64,000 bases of DNA from Candidatus Nanoarchaeia archaeon. GTDB taxonomy: Archaea; Nanobdellota; Nanobdellia; Woesearchaeales; JANQNE01. The position numbers were made by a program, and so were the translations under genes. How positions within the stretch are numbered: position 1 is the stretch's first letter; the number at the start of each line of letters is the position of its first letter. The stretch lies in the NCBI GenBank assembly GCA_028279725.1, contig JANQNE010000007.1:99406-163405 (forward strand), in the 5' to 3' direction. Under the pieces are notes generated by a model. The model saw only the letters and a list, made by a program, of their open reading frames with translations, made no database searches and had not been told where the DNA came from. Below are positions 36,017 through 45,869 of the stretch, piece by piece.

Positions 36017-37348
36017 ATGGTAGAAATATACGCAATAGGTGGATACAACGAAGTTGGCAAGAACATGACTGCCATCAGAGTAGACAACGAGATCATAATT
36101 CTAGATATGGGTCTCCATCTTCCGAACTATATCAACTTCACAAAAGATGAAGATGTATTTGCAGCAGATCCTGCTGACCTTATAGAAGCTAAAGCGATTC
36201 CAGATGATTCAGTCTTACACCAATGGAAAGATCAAGTCAAAGCAATAATTCCAACACATGCTCATCTAGATCATGTTGGTGCAATCCCTTATCTTGCAAA
36301 AAACTATGACTGTCCTGTAATCTGCACACCATTCACAGCTGAAGTTATAAAAGCGATAACAAGAGATGAAAAGATAAAACTAAAAAATCAGATTAAGATC
36401 CTTAACTCAAACTCGATAATATCAATAACAAAAAATATCAAGATAGAATTCATATATGCAACACACTCCACCCCTCAGACAGTTATGGTTGCTATACACA
36501 CAAAAGAAGGGATAATTCTTTACTGCAATGATTTCAAATTTGATAACTTCCCGACAATAGGTTCTAAACCCAACTACAAGAGGCTAAAAGAGCTTGGAAA
36601 GCAAAACGTAATAGCTATGATCGTAGATTCATTATACTGCACCGAAAAAAGAAAGATGCCTGGGGAAAACATAGCTAGAGAGATGTTAAAAGATGTTATG
36701 ATCGAGACAGACTCTGAAGGAAAAGCAGTCATAATAACTACATTCTCATCACACCTTGCAAGATTAAAAAGTATTATGGAATATGGAAAAAAGATGAACA
36801 GGAAGATTGTATTCCTGGGAAGAAGTCTTTCAAAATATATCCAGGCTGGAGAAAGTGTAGGATTGATTGACTTCTCCAAAGATGCTGAAATTGTAAAGTT
36901 CGGTGGAGAGATCAAAAGAAAGCTGAAAAAGATAGAAAAAGATGGTGTAGAAAAATACTTATTGATAATAACAGGTCATCAGGGAGAGCCAAAAGCAACA
37001 CTATCAAAGATGGTTGATGGGGAACTTCCATTCAAGTTCAAGAAAGGCGATCATGTTATATTCTCATGTAATGTTATCCCAACCCCCACAAATATCGAAT
37101 TAAGAAAGATATTGGAAGGAAAGCTGCAGAAATTTGGAGTCAGGATGTTCAAAGGAGTACATGTAAGCGGTCATGCTGCAAAAGAAGATATAAGGGACCT
37201 TATTGAATTTGTAAAACCAAAACATATCATTCCTGGTCATTGTGAAAAAGAGGAAAGTGAAGCTCTTTTATTCCTCACAGAAGAGATGGGTTATAAAAAA
37301 GACAAGGACGTCCACCTTATAAAAAACGGCAAAATTCTCAATATTTAA
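36017..37348 (+). CDS. rnj: Ribonuclease J, an archaeal beta-CASP MBL-fold RNase.
   Basis: HAHLDHVGAIPYL (HxHxDH), beta-CASP motifs, and 443 aa, which is typical of archaeal RNase J. Confidence 0.7.
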   Translation: MVEIYAIGGYNEVGKNMTAIRVDNEIIILDMGLHLPNYINFTKDEDVFAADPADLIEAKAIPDDSVLHQWKDQVKAIIPTHAHLDHVGAIPYLAKNYDCPVICTPFTAEVIKAITRDEKIKLKNQIKILNSNSIISITKNIKIEFIYATHSTPQTVMVAIHTKEGIILYCNDFKFDNFPTIGSKPNYKRLKELGKQNVIAMIVDSLYCTEKRKMPGENIAREMLKDVMIETDSEGKAVIITTFSSHLARLKSIMEYGKKMNRKIVFLGRSLSKYIQAGESVGLIDFSKDAEIVKFGGEIKRKLKKIEKDGVEKYLLIITGHQGEPKATLSKMVDGELPFKFKKGDHVIFSCNVIPTPTNIELRKILEGKLQKFGVRMFKGVHVSGHAAKEDIRDLIEFVKPKHIIPGHCEKEESEALLFLTEEMGYKKDKDVHLIKNGKILNI

Positions 37349-37394
37349 CAGAAACGTTTATATATTGGCTTAAGCTTTCTATTGCCCAGGGGGG

Positions 37395-38147
37395 ATGTAT
37401 ATGAAACTTACTTTAGCAGAACCAAACTATCTAAAAGACAGTATTTCGATAATCTCAGAGCTAGTTAACGAAGCTTCTTTCAAGATCACATCTAACGCAG
37501 TTGAGATGGTAGCGATGGACCCTGCAAACGTTGCAATGGTCGTTTTCAAGCTTCTTTCATCATGCTTTGCAGAATATGATGTAAAAGAAGACACAAGTAT
37601 CGCGATTAATCTTAATAATCTTAAACAGATCCTGAAAAGAGCAGGCTCAAGTGATGTTTTAACATTAGAGTTAGACAAAGAAAACAAGCTTAAGATACAG
37701 ATCAAAGGTAATACTACAAGAACTTTCTCATTGCCTATAATAGAATTAGAAGAAAAAGAACAGAAGGTTCCTGACCTAAGCTTTGCTGCATCAATAAAGA
37801 CTTCAACAACACTTTTCAATGAAGCTATTGAAGACGCTGATATTGTAGCTGAATCTGTTGTTTTTGAGGCTGAGCCTAAAAAACTGACACTTATGGCTGA
37901 AGGAGATCTTTCAAAAGCTAAGATCGACATAAATGATGGAGACTCAACTAAGATAATCACAGAAGGTGAAGATAAGGTAAAAGCAAAATACTCCATAGAA
38001 TATCTGAAGAAGATGACTGGAGGATCAAAGCTTTCTAACGAAGTCAGCATCCAGCTAAACAAGGATTATCCATTGAAACTGGAATACAAAAGCGTCGACA
38101 AGGTTATGCTTTCATTCATACTCGCCCCTAGGGTAGAGAATGAATAA
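37395..38147 (+). CDS. pcn: DNA polymerase sliding clamp PCNA.
   Basis: 250 aa. The two-domain PCNA pattern. N-terminus LAEPNYLKDSISIISELVNEASFKI. Confidence 0.8.
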   Translation: MYMKLTLAEPNYLKDSISIISELVNEASFKITSNAVEMVAMDPANVAMVVFKLLSSCFAEYDVKEDTSIAINLNNLKQILKRAGSSDVLTLELDKENKLKIQIKGNTTRTFSLPIIELEEKEQKVPDLSFAASIKTSTTLFNEAIEDADIVAESVVFEAEPKKLTLMAEGDLSKAKIDINDGDSTKIITEGEDKVKAKYSIEYLKKMTGGSKLSNEVSIQLNKDYPLKLEYKSVDKVMLSFILAPRVENE

Positions 38148-38171
38148 TTTATTTTTTCTTTTTAGAATTGA

Positions 38172-38621
38172 TTATTTCTTATTGCCAAAATAGAAAACAT
38201 CATTGATGTCAACATCACCTGGCTCAAAATCACCGCTTCTTGGTTTCGCCTCTTCAACTTTCTTCCCTTCCTTAACTTCAGCCTTAAGTGTCTGCTGTTC
38301 AGGTTTAGGAGCAGGTCTGCTTGCAAGATCTTTCACCATATCTCTCAAAGCCTTAAGCTCTCCAGCCATATTGCCAACTTCTGCCCTTAGCTTATCTGTC
38401 TCTTCTTTAAGTCTCTTCTCACTAAGTTCAGAAAGATATTGCATCTTTCTGTTAATCATATTCAGAATTTCCTGGCTTACCTCTTCTTTCTGCATCCCGT
38501 TCAGCGCCTCTTTACTGATAACCCTCGTCGCTTCTTTTATAGCTTCTTCTTCTGTCGCTATTCCGTGCTTCTTAAATTCATTAACAAGCTGATTTATCTT
38601 TACTGTTTGTTTGACATCCAT
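38172..38621 (-). CDS. Hypothetical coiled-coil protein.
   Basis: 149 aa and helical. No recognisable domain. Confidence 0.3.
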   Translation of the reverse strand: MDVKQTVKINQLVNEFKKHGIATEEEAIKEATRVISKEALNGMQKEEVSQEILNMINRKMQYLSELSEKRLKEETDKLRAEVGNMAGELKALRDMVKDLASRPAPKPEQQTLKAEVKEGKKVEEAKPRSGDFEPGDVDINDVFYFGNKK

Positions 38622-38651
38622 GATTTTCAGAAATTATAGAAGATATTTAAA

Positions 38652-39767
38652 TTATTCTTTTTTGTTTAAATACCTTGTAAGAAACTCCTGCCTGTACTCT
38701 TCAAAACTTCCTTTCTCTATCTCTTTCCTTGCCTCTTTTATCATATTCTGCAAAAAATAAAGATTATGTATCGTCGCCAATCTCAAACCGAAATTTTCCC
38801 TGGAATTCAGCATAAAATTAACATAAGCTTTTGAAAAATTCTTGCATGTATAACATTTACACCCTTCTTCTATAGGTGCATTTTCATCAATAAACTTTCC
38901 CCTGTCAAGCCTTATCTGTCCATCTCCCGTAAACAAGCTCCCTCTTCTTGCATTCTGCGCAGGAAATATTGAATCAAATATGTCTGCACCCATTGATATT
39001 GAATTCAGTATCTCTTCAGGAGTGCCCATACCCATTACATACTTTGGCTTCTCCTTATCGATATTCTTCATCCCAGCTTTTATCATCTCATAAGTCTTCT
39101 TCCTGTCCTCTCCGATGCATAACCCTCCAAAAGCAACACCATCAAAATTCAATCCATCAATAAATTTAGCGCTCTCAGAACGCAGATCCTCGAATATTCC
39201 GCCCTGTATTATCCCAAACATCATCTGCTTGTCATTCTTATGAGCTTTCAGACATCTCCCAGCCCAGTCATGCGTCCTATTCATAGAAGCCTTAACATCT
39301 GATTTTTTATCATCATGATGCGGAACATGATCAAATGCCATCGCAACATCACTCCCAAGTTGATTCTGTACTTTTACAGAATCTTCCGGCCTAAACCACC
39401 CGCTCTTTCCGTTGATAGGATCTTTGAACTTCACGCCTTCATCAGAGTATTTGACGAAAAAATCATCAAGCAGCACTTGAAATCCGCCGGAATCAGTAAA
39501 TATCCCTCTATCCCAGTTCATAAACTTATGGATGCCTCCAAATTCCTCGATCAATTTAGAGCCAGGCTTTAAAGAAAGGATAAAAGCATTTGATATCAGG
39601 CATTCAGTGCCCATCTCTTTAAGCTCTTCAGGACTTATATTCTTAACATTTGCCTTCGTCCCAACTGGCATAAAAAACGGAGTCTTCAACCTCCCATGCG
39701 CTGTATTTAGATATCCAGTCCTTGCTTCATTGTCTTCTTTTTTTATCTTGAACATATCAGGAAACAA
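38652..39767 (-). CDS. tgt: Queuine/preQ1 tRNA-guanine transglycosylase, bacterial-type short form.
   Basis: GRLKTPFFMPVGT, DSGGFQV, FGIIQGG, the LFTGDG region, and the zinc motif CKCYTCKNFSKAYVNFM. 371 aa. It lacks the long archaeosine-TGT C-terminal PUA region. Confidence 0.8.
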   Translation of the reverse strand: MFPDMFKIKKEDNEARTGYLNTAHGRLKTPFFMPVGTKANVKNISPEELKEMGTECLISNAFILSLKPGSKLIEEFGGIHKFMNWDRGIFTDSGGFQVLLDDFFVKYSDEGVKFKDPINGKSGWFRPEDSVKVQNQLGSDVAMAFDHVPHHDDKKSDVKASMNRTHDWAGRCLKAHKNDKQMMFGIIQGGIFEDLRSESAKFIDGLNFDGVAFGGLCIGEDRKKTYEMIKAGMKNIDKEKPKYVMGMGTPEEILNSISMGADIFDSIFPAQNARRGSLFTGDGQIRLDRGKFIDENAPIEEGCKCYTCKNFSKAYVNFMLNSRENFGLRLATIHNLYFLQNMIKEARKEIEKGSFEEYRQEFLTRYLNKKE

Positions 39768-39843
39768 GCCACAGATACTTTATAAATATTTTCAATCAGA
39801 AAATTTTATAAAGCTAAATCTCATTTATCTTTAAAGGTGATAG

Positions 39844-40329
39844 GTGTTGGATAACGTAATCCCTTTTTTAAGTGAATGGATGTTCAATTACATAAAGAAC
39901 AGAGATCTGATCACTAAAAAGATCGAGAAGATTGAAGAATATATGAATAAAAGCTATATCTTCGTAAAATACAAAGATAAAAAACAAATATTCTTCATAG
40001 AACCAGAAATAACAAATATTGACGAGACATTAGAAAATATCAATTCCGCAAAAAAAGAGACTGATTCTGAATGGTCCAGCCTGATTGTATTGAATTCTTT
40101 AAACAATCTAAAAGCTATGCAGGATAACTGGAAAACGCTTTCAAAAGATACGAAGTTCAGCATCATGATGATCAATCCTTTCTCTGTCCTGGACAAAAAA
40201 TGGATAATCTCACCTTATGTTCATTCCAAGATCACTGAGCCAAAAACGCTAAAACAGGGCTTAAAAGCCATGTTTGACAGCGTAGAGCGCCTCTCCTTGG
40301 ATGACTTAAAAAGGAAGATCAAGCAATAA
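39844..40329 (+). CDS. Hypothetical protein.
   Basis: 161 aa. No recognisable domain. Confidence 0.3.
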   Translation: MLDNVIPFLSEWMFNYIKNRDLITKKIEKIEEYMNKSYIFVKYKDKKQIFFIEPEITNIDETLENINSAKKETDSEWSSLIVLNSLNNLKAMQDNWKTLSKDTKFSIMMINPFSVLDKKWIISPYVHSKITEPKTLKQGLKAMFDSVERLSLDDLKRKIKQ

Positions 40330-40455
40330 CTTTATAAAGTTCTCATCAAATCAAGCTTTCGTGCACTTGGGACGCAAAGGGTGCCTAATCTAAAAAAAGG
40401 ACTGTGTCCAATCAAATTAAGTTACCTTATTTGGTCCCTTGTGCACAACCTAAAA

Positions 40456-41025
40456 ATGATTTCTAAAGAAAAGAAGAAGGTGTTGCTCCATGTCTGCTGC
40501 GCTCCATGCGCAACTCATGTAATTAACAGACTAAAACTAGCCTATAATCTGACTTTTTTTTTCTACAATCCAAACATCTATCCAGAATATGAGTACAAAA
40601 AAAGACTAGAGAATGCAAAAAAAATAGCTGAAAAACTCAGAGTTCCATTAGTTGAAGGAAAATATGATCCAGACAATTGGCTAAAAGCAGTAAAAGGATA
40701 TGAAGAAGATAAAGAAGGTGGAGAAAGATGCAGCATATGCTTCAACTTTAGGTTAGAAAAAGCAGCAAAATATGCAAAAGAGAACAACTTCAACTTATTC
40801 ACGACAACCCTTACAATAAGCCCATACAAAAATTCAAAAATTATCAACCTTATCGGAAAAGATCTAGAACAAAAGTACAATATTCCTTTCTTTGAATCTG
40901 ATTTCAAAAAAGAAGATGGTTACAAAAAGAGCATAGAACTTAGCAAAAGATTTGACCTGTACAGACAACACTACTGCGGCTGTGTTTTCTCCTTAAACAG
41001 CAGCATTGCATCACCAAAACTATAG
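40456..41025 (+). CDS. queH: Epoxyqueuosine reductase QueH (DUF208).
   Basis: KVLLHVCCAPCATHV is the signature HxCCAPC. The ORF track starts at 40381. The start chosen here is the MISKEKKK methionine. Confidence 0.7.
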   Translation: MISKEKKKVLLHVCCAPCATHVINRLKLAYNLTFFFYNPNIYPEYEYKKRLENAKKIAEKLRVPLVEGKYDPDNWLKAVKGYEEDKEGGERCSICFNFRLEKAAKYAKENNFNLFTTTLTISPYKNSKIINLIGKDLEQKYNIPFFESDFKKEDGYKKSIELSKRFDLYRQHYCGCVFSLNSSIASPKL

Positions 41026-41984
41026 AATCTATATTTATTCTCTATGGCTTCCTTATAAGCTTCAAATATCCTTTCTCTTCCTGCAAAACCGCAAACCAAC
41101 AAAAGCAAAGTTGATTTTGGAAGATGAAAATTAGTTATCAGCACATCAATTCCAGCTTTAAATTCATGTTCTGGAGTGATAAAAAGATTAGACCATCCTT
41201 TCATTACCTTAACTCCATTTCCGTCGACAGAAGCTGACTCTAAAGTCTTCAATGTTGTAGTTCCGACAGCAAACAATCTGCCAGTTCGATTATTGATCGC
41301 ATCAGCACTCTCTTCACTAACTTCAAAATACTCTTCTTCCATCTTATGATCAAGCACATTCTCACTCCTTACAGGAATAAAAGTTCCAAATCCAACATGG
41401 AGAACAACCTTAACAACCTTTACACCTTTCCTCTCGATCTTGTCCAATAGCTCAGAAGTAAAATGAAATCCTGCTGTCGGCGCAGCTACAGATCCTTCCT
41501 CCTTAGCATACGCTGTCTGATAATCTTCATTCTTATCAAGCTCTTTTTTTACATAAGGTGGAGTCGGAAGCTTCCCATATTTTTTCAAATAATCTTCAAC
41601 ATCATCAATATTAAACTTGACGTAAAAAACATCCTTATTCTGTATTATAATAGTGGCTTTCAACCCATCCTCAAATTCCAGCTCATTCCCTTCCCTAGGA
41701 TTATTCGCAGTTATCCTGACCTTATACAGATCATCTTCCTTTCCTGTGATGATCATCTCAGCTTTAGCCCCTGTACTTTTCTTTCCTATCAGCTTAGCTG
41801 GAATCACTTTAGTCTCATTCAAAACTAAAACATCTCCTTCTTCAAAATAATCAAAAATATCTTCGAAATGTTTATGCTCTAATTTATCCTTGACAACTAG
41901 CATCTTAGAGCTGCTCCTTGGAAAAACAGGCTTTTGTGCTATAAGCTCCTCAGGCAATTCATAATCATAATCTTTAAGTTTCAT
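40971..41984 (-). CDS. queA: S-adenosylmethionine:tRNA ribosyltransferase-isomerase QueA.
   Basis: N-terminus MKLKDYDYELPEELIAQKPVFPRSSSKMLVV is the characteristic QueA start. 337 aa. Confidence 0.85.
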   Translation of the reverse strand: MKLKDYDYELPEELIAQKPVFPRSSSKMLVVKDKLEHKHFEDIFDYFEEGDVLVLNETKVIPAKLIGKKSTGAKAEMIITGKEDDLYKVRITANNPREGNELEFEDGLKATIIIQNKDVFYVKFNIDDVEDYLKKYGKLPTPPYVKKELDKNEDYQTAYAKEEGSVAAPTAGFHFTSELLDKIERKGVKVVKVVLHVGFGTFIPVRSENVLDHKMEEEYFEVSEESADAINNRTGRLFAVGTTTLKTLESASVDGNGVKVMKGWSNLFITPEHEFKAGIDVLITNFHLPKSTLLLLVCGFAGRERIFEAYKEAIENKYRFYSFGDAMLLFKEKTQPQ

Positions 41985-42715
41985 TTGAACTTCTCCAGAA
42001 ACTTCATGTCTTTATTTAACTTTATCGCTTCATCCCTATATTTCTTTCCTTCTCTATTCTTTCCGATCTCAAAACAGTGTATTGCCATCTCTGCAAAAGA
42101 ATGTGCTGTCGGAAATTCTTTTATCTTCTTTTCCAATAACTTATAATAAAACTCCCCTTTGCTTTTTCCAAAATGATGCATAGGAATCTCAGAGTTGACA
42201 ACTTTTCCTTTTATATTATTAAAAACAGTCTCATGTATTGGATATTCAAACTTAACTCCTTTTTTATTTCTAAATAATCTTATTATCCCTCTAAATTGCC
42301 AGCCTAAAAACTTCTTGCTCTCTTCATAACTATCTCCTTCGCTAGATCTCCATTTTATTGGTTTCTCCTCATTATAATAGTTCCTCTGTACAAATTTATA
42401 ACCATTGACACTTTCATCCTTAACAAGATCCTCAATCTTCTTCAGATCTATCAGAGAAATCCTTTCATCAGCATCTAAAACTAAAATCCAATCTCCGTTG
42501 GCTTTTGAAATAGAAAAATTCCTTGCAGCAGAAAAATCATCACACCATTCAAAATCAAAAACTTTTGCTCCGAAACTCCCAGCAATATCTTTTGTCCTGT
42601 CAGAACTTCCAGTATCGACAACTATGATCTCATCAACAAAATCCCTTACAGATTCTAGACAAGCGCTAATATTCTTCTCCTCATCCTTAACAATCATACA
42701 CAAAGAAATGGTCAT
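41981..42715 (-). CDS. Family 2 glycosyltransferase.
   Basis: ISLCMIVKDEEKNI...VVDTGSSD is the GT2 DxD region. There is a 4-nt overlap with queA. Confidence 0.65.
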   Translation of the reverse strand: MTISLCMIVKDEEKNISACLESVRDFVDEIIVVDTGSSDRTKDIAGSFGAKVFDFEWCDDFSAARNFSISKANGDWILVLDADERISLIDLKKIEDLVKDESVNGYKFVQRNYYNEEKPIKWRSSEGDSYEESKKFLGWQFRGIIRLFRNKKGVKFEYPIHETVFNNIKGKVVNSEIPMHHFGKSKGEFYYKLLEKKIKEFPTAHSFAEMAIHCFEIGKNREGKKYRDEAIKLNKDMKFLEKFK

Positions 42716-43242
42716 TTTCTCTCTTCTAGATACTTCTTCCTCACACCAACTAAAAAATCTCTTACCAATCTTGTCCTGTAATCAGGAAAAGTATGCCTTG
42801 AATCCTCATAGTCTCCTTTCCTATATTCTAAAACAACATCCCCAAACATCCCTCTGCCAATAGACACTTTATGAGGCATTTCCTTAGCACTTGCCAAAAC
42901 AACATTATGCTCAGTCATATAGCCAGGATCAAGATTTATTTTTCTCTTCCCATCTTCAGAAAGATTATCTTCTATTTTGTTTGTAAAATGCTTTATCTCA
43001 GCCAATTCATCTCTATCAACTAGTTCCTCAAACACGATAATCCTCTTCTTAAGATCCTTTCCACTCTCATCTTCATAATAATCTGTAAAATCAAAAGCAT
43101 AATCATCACTCTGACAACATATTTCCCCAAATCTTTCAGAAAGGGTTCCAACAACCCCATCAAAAACTTCCTTATCTCTGTACATGATTCCAACTATAAG
43201 TTTAACCTTTGATATTTGCTTTATACTGGCCATAATAAGCAA
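42712..43242 (-). CDS. Hypothetical protein, first gene of the operon with GT2 and queA.
   Basis: 176 aa. 4-nt overlap with GT2. Confidence 0.35.
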   Translation of the reverse strand: MLIMASIKQISKVKLIVGIMYRDKEVFDGVVGTLSERFGEICCQSDDYAFDFTDYYEDESGKDLKKRIIVFEELVDRDELAEIKHFTNKIEDNLSEDGKRKINLDPGYMTEHNVVLASAKEMPHKVSIGRGMFGDVVLEYRKGDYEDSRHTFPDYRTRLVRDFLVGVRKKYLEERK

Positions 43243-43422
43243 AGAATAAGGATTAATATAAAAAATTTAAGAATTAATTAGGTGCATTGGTCATAAGGGG
43301 CACAGTAGGGTCTTCACTAATCTGCTCAAAACTCCTTATATCAACTTGATTATATCTAAGCATAATATAATTAGTTTTAGCTAGATCTGTCAATATCCTT
43401 GTATTTTTAGATTTGTACAAGT

Positions 43423-43698
43423 TTATTCTGCCTCTTCTTCTTCAGGGTTATAAGATGGAACTGCAGCCTTAGAGATCACCATTATATCTCCTATAGCTTT
43501 GACAAGCTGATGAGGTACAATGACTCCTTTTGCACTTCCCAGAACTTTTGTTAAAAATGAGTTTCTTGTTGCCTTTACTTTCCAGCCAAAAATCTTGTTT
43601 GTTGTCAGTATTGTCTCTTCAATATCTCCAAAATAATCTCCAGTATCAGTGAAAACCTTCATATCGTAAGTTTCAGAAATTTTCTTCATCTTTAGCAT
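43423..43698 (-). CDS. PRC-barrel-like small protein, tentative.
   Basis: 91 aa. The pattern is typical of archaeal PRC-barrel proteins. Confidence 0.35.
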   Translation of the reverse strand: MLKMKKISETYDMKVFTDTGDYFGDIEETILTTNKIFGWKVKATRNSFLTKVLGSAKGVIVPHQLVKAIGDIMVISKAAVPSYNPEEEEAE

Positions 43699-43816
43699 AT
43701 TTTCTCACCCTCTTATCTTTAGATTGATTATCTTTATTCTAGAGTACTAATACTTTATATACTTTTCTATTCCTTCCGTAAACCTTTTAAAAGCACAGAA
43801 TAAAGCCCATTTAACT

Positions 43817-44527
43817 ATGAAAAATCTCACAATTATAGGAACATCTCATATTGCAAAACAGAGCTTAGATGAAGTTACAAGCACCATAGAAAGAGAAAAG
43901 CCAGACATCATAGCCATAGAACTAGACAGAAGAAGGCTTTTCGCTTTAAAAACAAACAAGAAAAGAAAACTGACTTTCAGGGATATCAGAAGCATAGGAA
44001 TCAAAGGATTCCTGTTTAATGTGATCGGAGCTTACATAGAAAAAAAGCTTGGAAAGATTGTTGGTGTTAAGCCAGGCTCTGAGATGATCTCAGCGATAAA
44101 ACTCGCAGAAAAAAACAAGATAAAGCTTGCATTAATCGATCAAGACATCGCAATAACACTGAAAAGATTCTCGAAAACTTTCACATGGAAAGAAAAATTC
44201 AACTTAGCAAGAGATCTCTTCCGAGCAGTATTTTTCAGAAAAAGAGAGCTAAAAAGGCTTGGAATAACTGATCTAGACCTATCAAAAGTTCCTTCAAAAA
44301 AACTGATAAAAAAACTTTTAGAAAGGGTAAAGACAGACTATCCAAATATCTACAAAGTTCTCATTGAAGAAAGAAATCACGTCATGGCAAACAATCTTAG
44401 AAAATTAATATCACAACACCCAGATAAAAGGATACTTGCAATTATTGGAGCTGGCCATAAAGAAGGCATAGAAGAGCTCCTAAATAATCCTGATGAACAA
44501 ATTACATACTCATTCTCTGTGGGTTGA
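43817..44527 (+). CDS. TraB/PrgY/GumN family protein.
   Basis: N-terminus IIGTSHIAKQSLDEVTSTIEREKPDIIAIELDRRR is the family signature GTSH...ELD. Confidence 0.65.
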   Translation: MKNLTIIGTSHIAKQSLDEVTSTIEREKPDIIAIELDRRRLFALKTNKKRKLTFRDIRSIGIKGFLFNVIGAYIEKKLGKIVGVKPGSEMISAIKLAEKNKIKLALIDQDIAITLKRFSKTFTWKEKFNLARDLFRAVFFRKRELKRLGITDLDLSKVPSKKLIKKLLERVKTDYPNIYKVLIEERNHVMANNLRKLISQHPDKRILAIIGAGHKEGIEELLNNPDEQITYSFSVG

Positions 44528-44669
44528 TGCATAGCACCAGGCGAAGTATTTGGTAAAACATCAATAATACTTAAATCTGCATCACATCATTAAAATAAAC
44601 GATACGAAGCGTGCTATGCATAGTTAAGGAAAACATTTATAAACACCAAACCCCATTTAAATAATAAAA

Positions 44670-45422
44670 ATGAGGAACTTGATAGATAAGATTAAACGAT
44701 ACTTTGGCTTTAACAGGGCTGAAGTTCAGGCACTGATAATCACGATATTGATTCTTGGTTTTGTTGTTGGATTTAATGATGGAAGCAAGAAGTTTAGCGC
44801 AGCTTCTTGGTTGTTCAATCTGTTCAATTCGATATTGCTTGTTGCATTAGCTCTTTTAGTGCAGCAGTCTTTATTGAGAATAGCCTGTCTTAATTCAGGC
44901 TACAGGCCAGAATACAAGATGTTCTTTTATGGATTATTATTCTGCTTGATCCTTGCACTGGTCTCAAGAGGCAAACTTATCTTCCTTTTGCCAGGATTCT
45001 ATGTAGTAAGGATGCTTGAAGGTCATAGGCTTGGAAAATTTAGGTATGGTATAAAGCAGGAGACTATGGGTTGGATCGCCCTCTTGGGCCCGATATCAAA
45101 TATGTTGCTTGCACTATTCTTCAAAGCTTTGACATATATTCCTGCATTGTCAGCTAACCCTATAATCCAGAAAGCTATTACAGTCAACATGTTATTTGCC
45201 ATATATACTATGCTTCCTATTCCAAACTCAGTTGGCTTATATGTTTTCGCATGGTCAAGGTTAGGATTGGTCTATGTTTTCTCTGCATTTGTGGGATTAT
45301 CACTTATGATCTATTTAGACTTGAACTTATTCATAATAATTTTAGTTGCAGCACTTATAGGTGTAGTTGGATGGGGCATCTACTACATACTTTTTGAACA
45401 GGGAGCGTGGGAGTACATATGA
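44670..45422 (+). CDS. Hypothetical multi-TM membrane protein.
   Basis: About six hydrophobic segments. Confidence 0.4.
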   Translation: MRNLIDKIKRYFGFNRAEVQALIITILILGFVVGFNDGSKKFSAASWLFNLFNSILLVALALLVQQSLLRIACLNSGYRPEYKMFFYGLLFCLILALVSRGKLIFLLPGFYVVRMLEGHRLGKFRYGIKQETMGWIALLGPISNMLLALFFKALTYIPALSANPIIQKAITVNMLFAIYTMLPIPNSVGLYVFAWSRLGLVYVFSAFVGLSLMIYLDLNLFIIILVAALIGVVGWGIYYILFEQGAWEYI

Positions 45423-45805
45423 TAAAAATATTCAGATCAAAAAAAGCAGCAGCACTTGACTACTGGAACAAATGGGCTGAATTCTATACAATCTTATTGT
45501 TAGTTATTGGATTCCTGATTGGAATAACTGTCAGAAGCGTTGCTCTCAACTATGTGATCATCTTCATAGCAGGACTTATGGGTGGAAGACTCCTTCACAG
45601 CAGAAAAAACAAGCATAAGTTCTCTTATTATCTGATTATAATAGGGTTTCTTCTGGGGTATATGCTAGGTTCTGTTGTCTACAACAAGAAGATCATAGCT
45701 TTCCTGTTCCTTTCTGCATTTCTGATTAGTTATTACTTACACGAAAAAGGTATCGTTGAAAAAGCGCTGCCTTTGAAAGACCCTCATAAAGAGCTGTGGA
45801 AATAA
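45407..45805 (+). CDS. Hypothetical membrane protein.
   Basis: Three TM segments. Overlaps the upstream gene. Confidence 0.35.
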   Translation: MGVHMIKIFRSKKAAALDYWNKWAEFYTILLLVIGFLIGITVRSVALNYVIIFIAGLMGGRLLHSRKNKHKFSYYLIIIGFLLGYMLGSVVYNKKIIAFLFLSAFLISYYLHEKGIVEKALPLKDPHKELWK

Positions 45806-45869
45806 TCTTCTTTCAGAAGATTAGACCAAAAAAGAAACCTATAAAAAGAAGGAAGTTTCTTTTTTACGT

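Noticed and set aside
40330-40455. Possible preQ1 riboswitch upstream of queH.
   Set aside because: There is no PreQ1-I/II consensus, that is, no CCC...AAAAAACUA-type pseudoknot elements. The small hairpins here are unremarkable.
44521-44580. C/D box sRNA candidate (UGAUGC ... CUGC).
   Set aside because: The C box is imperfect and there is no CUGA D box at the right spacing for a K-turn. It is kept only as a generic inverted-repeat observation.
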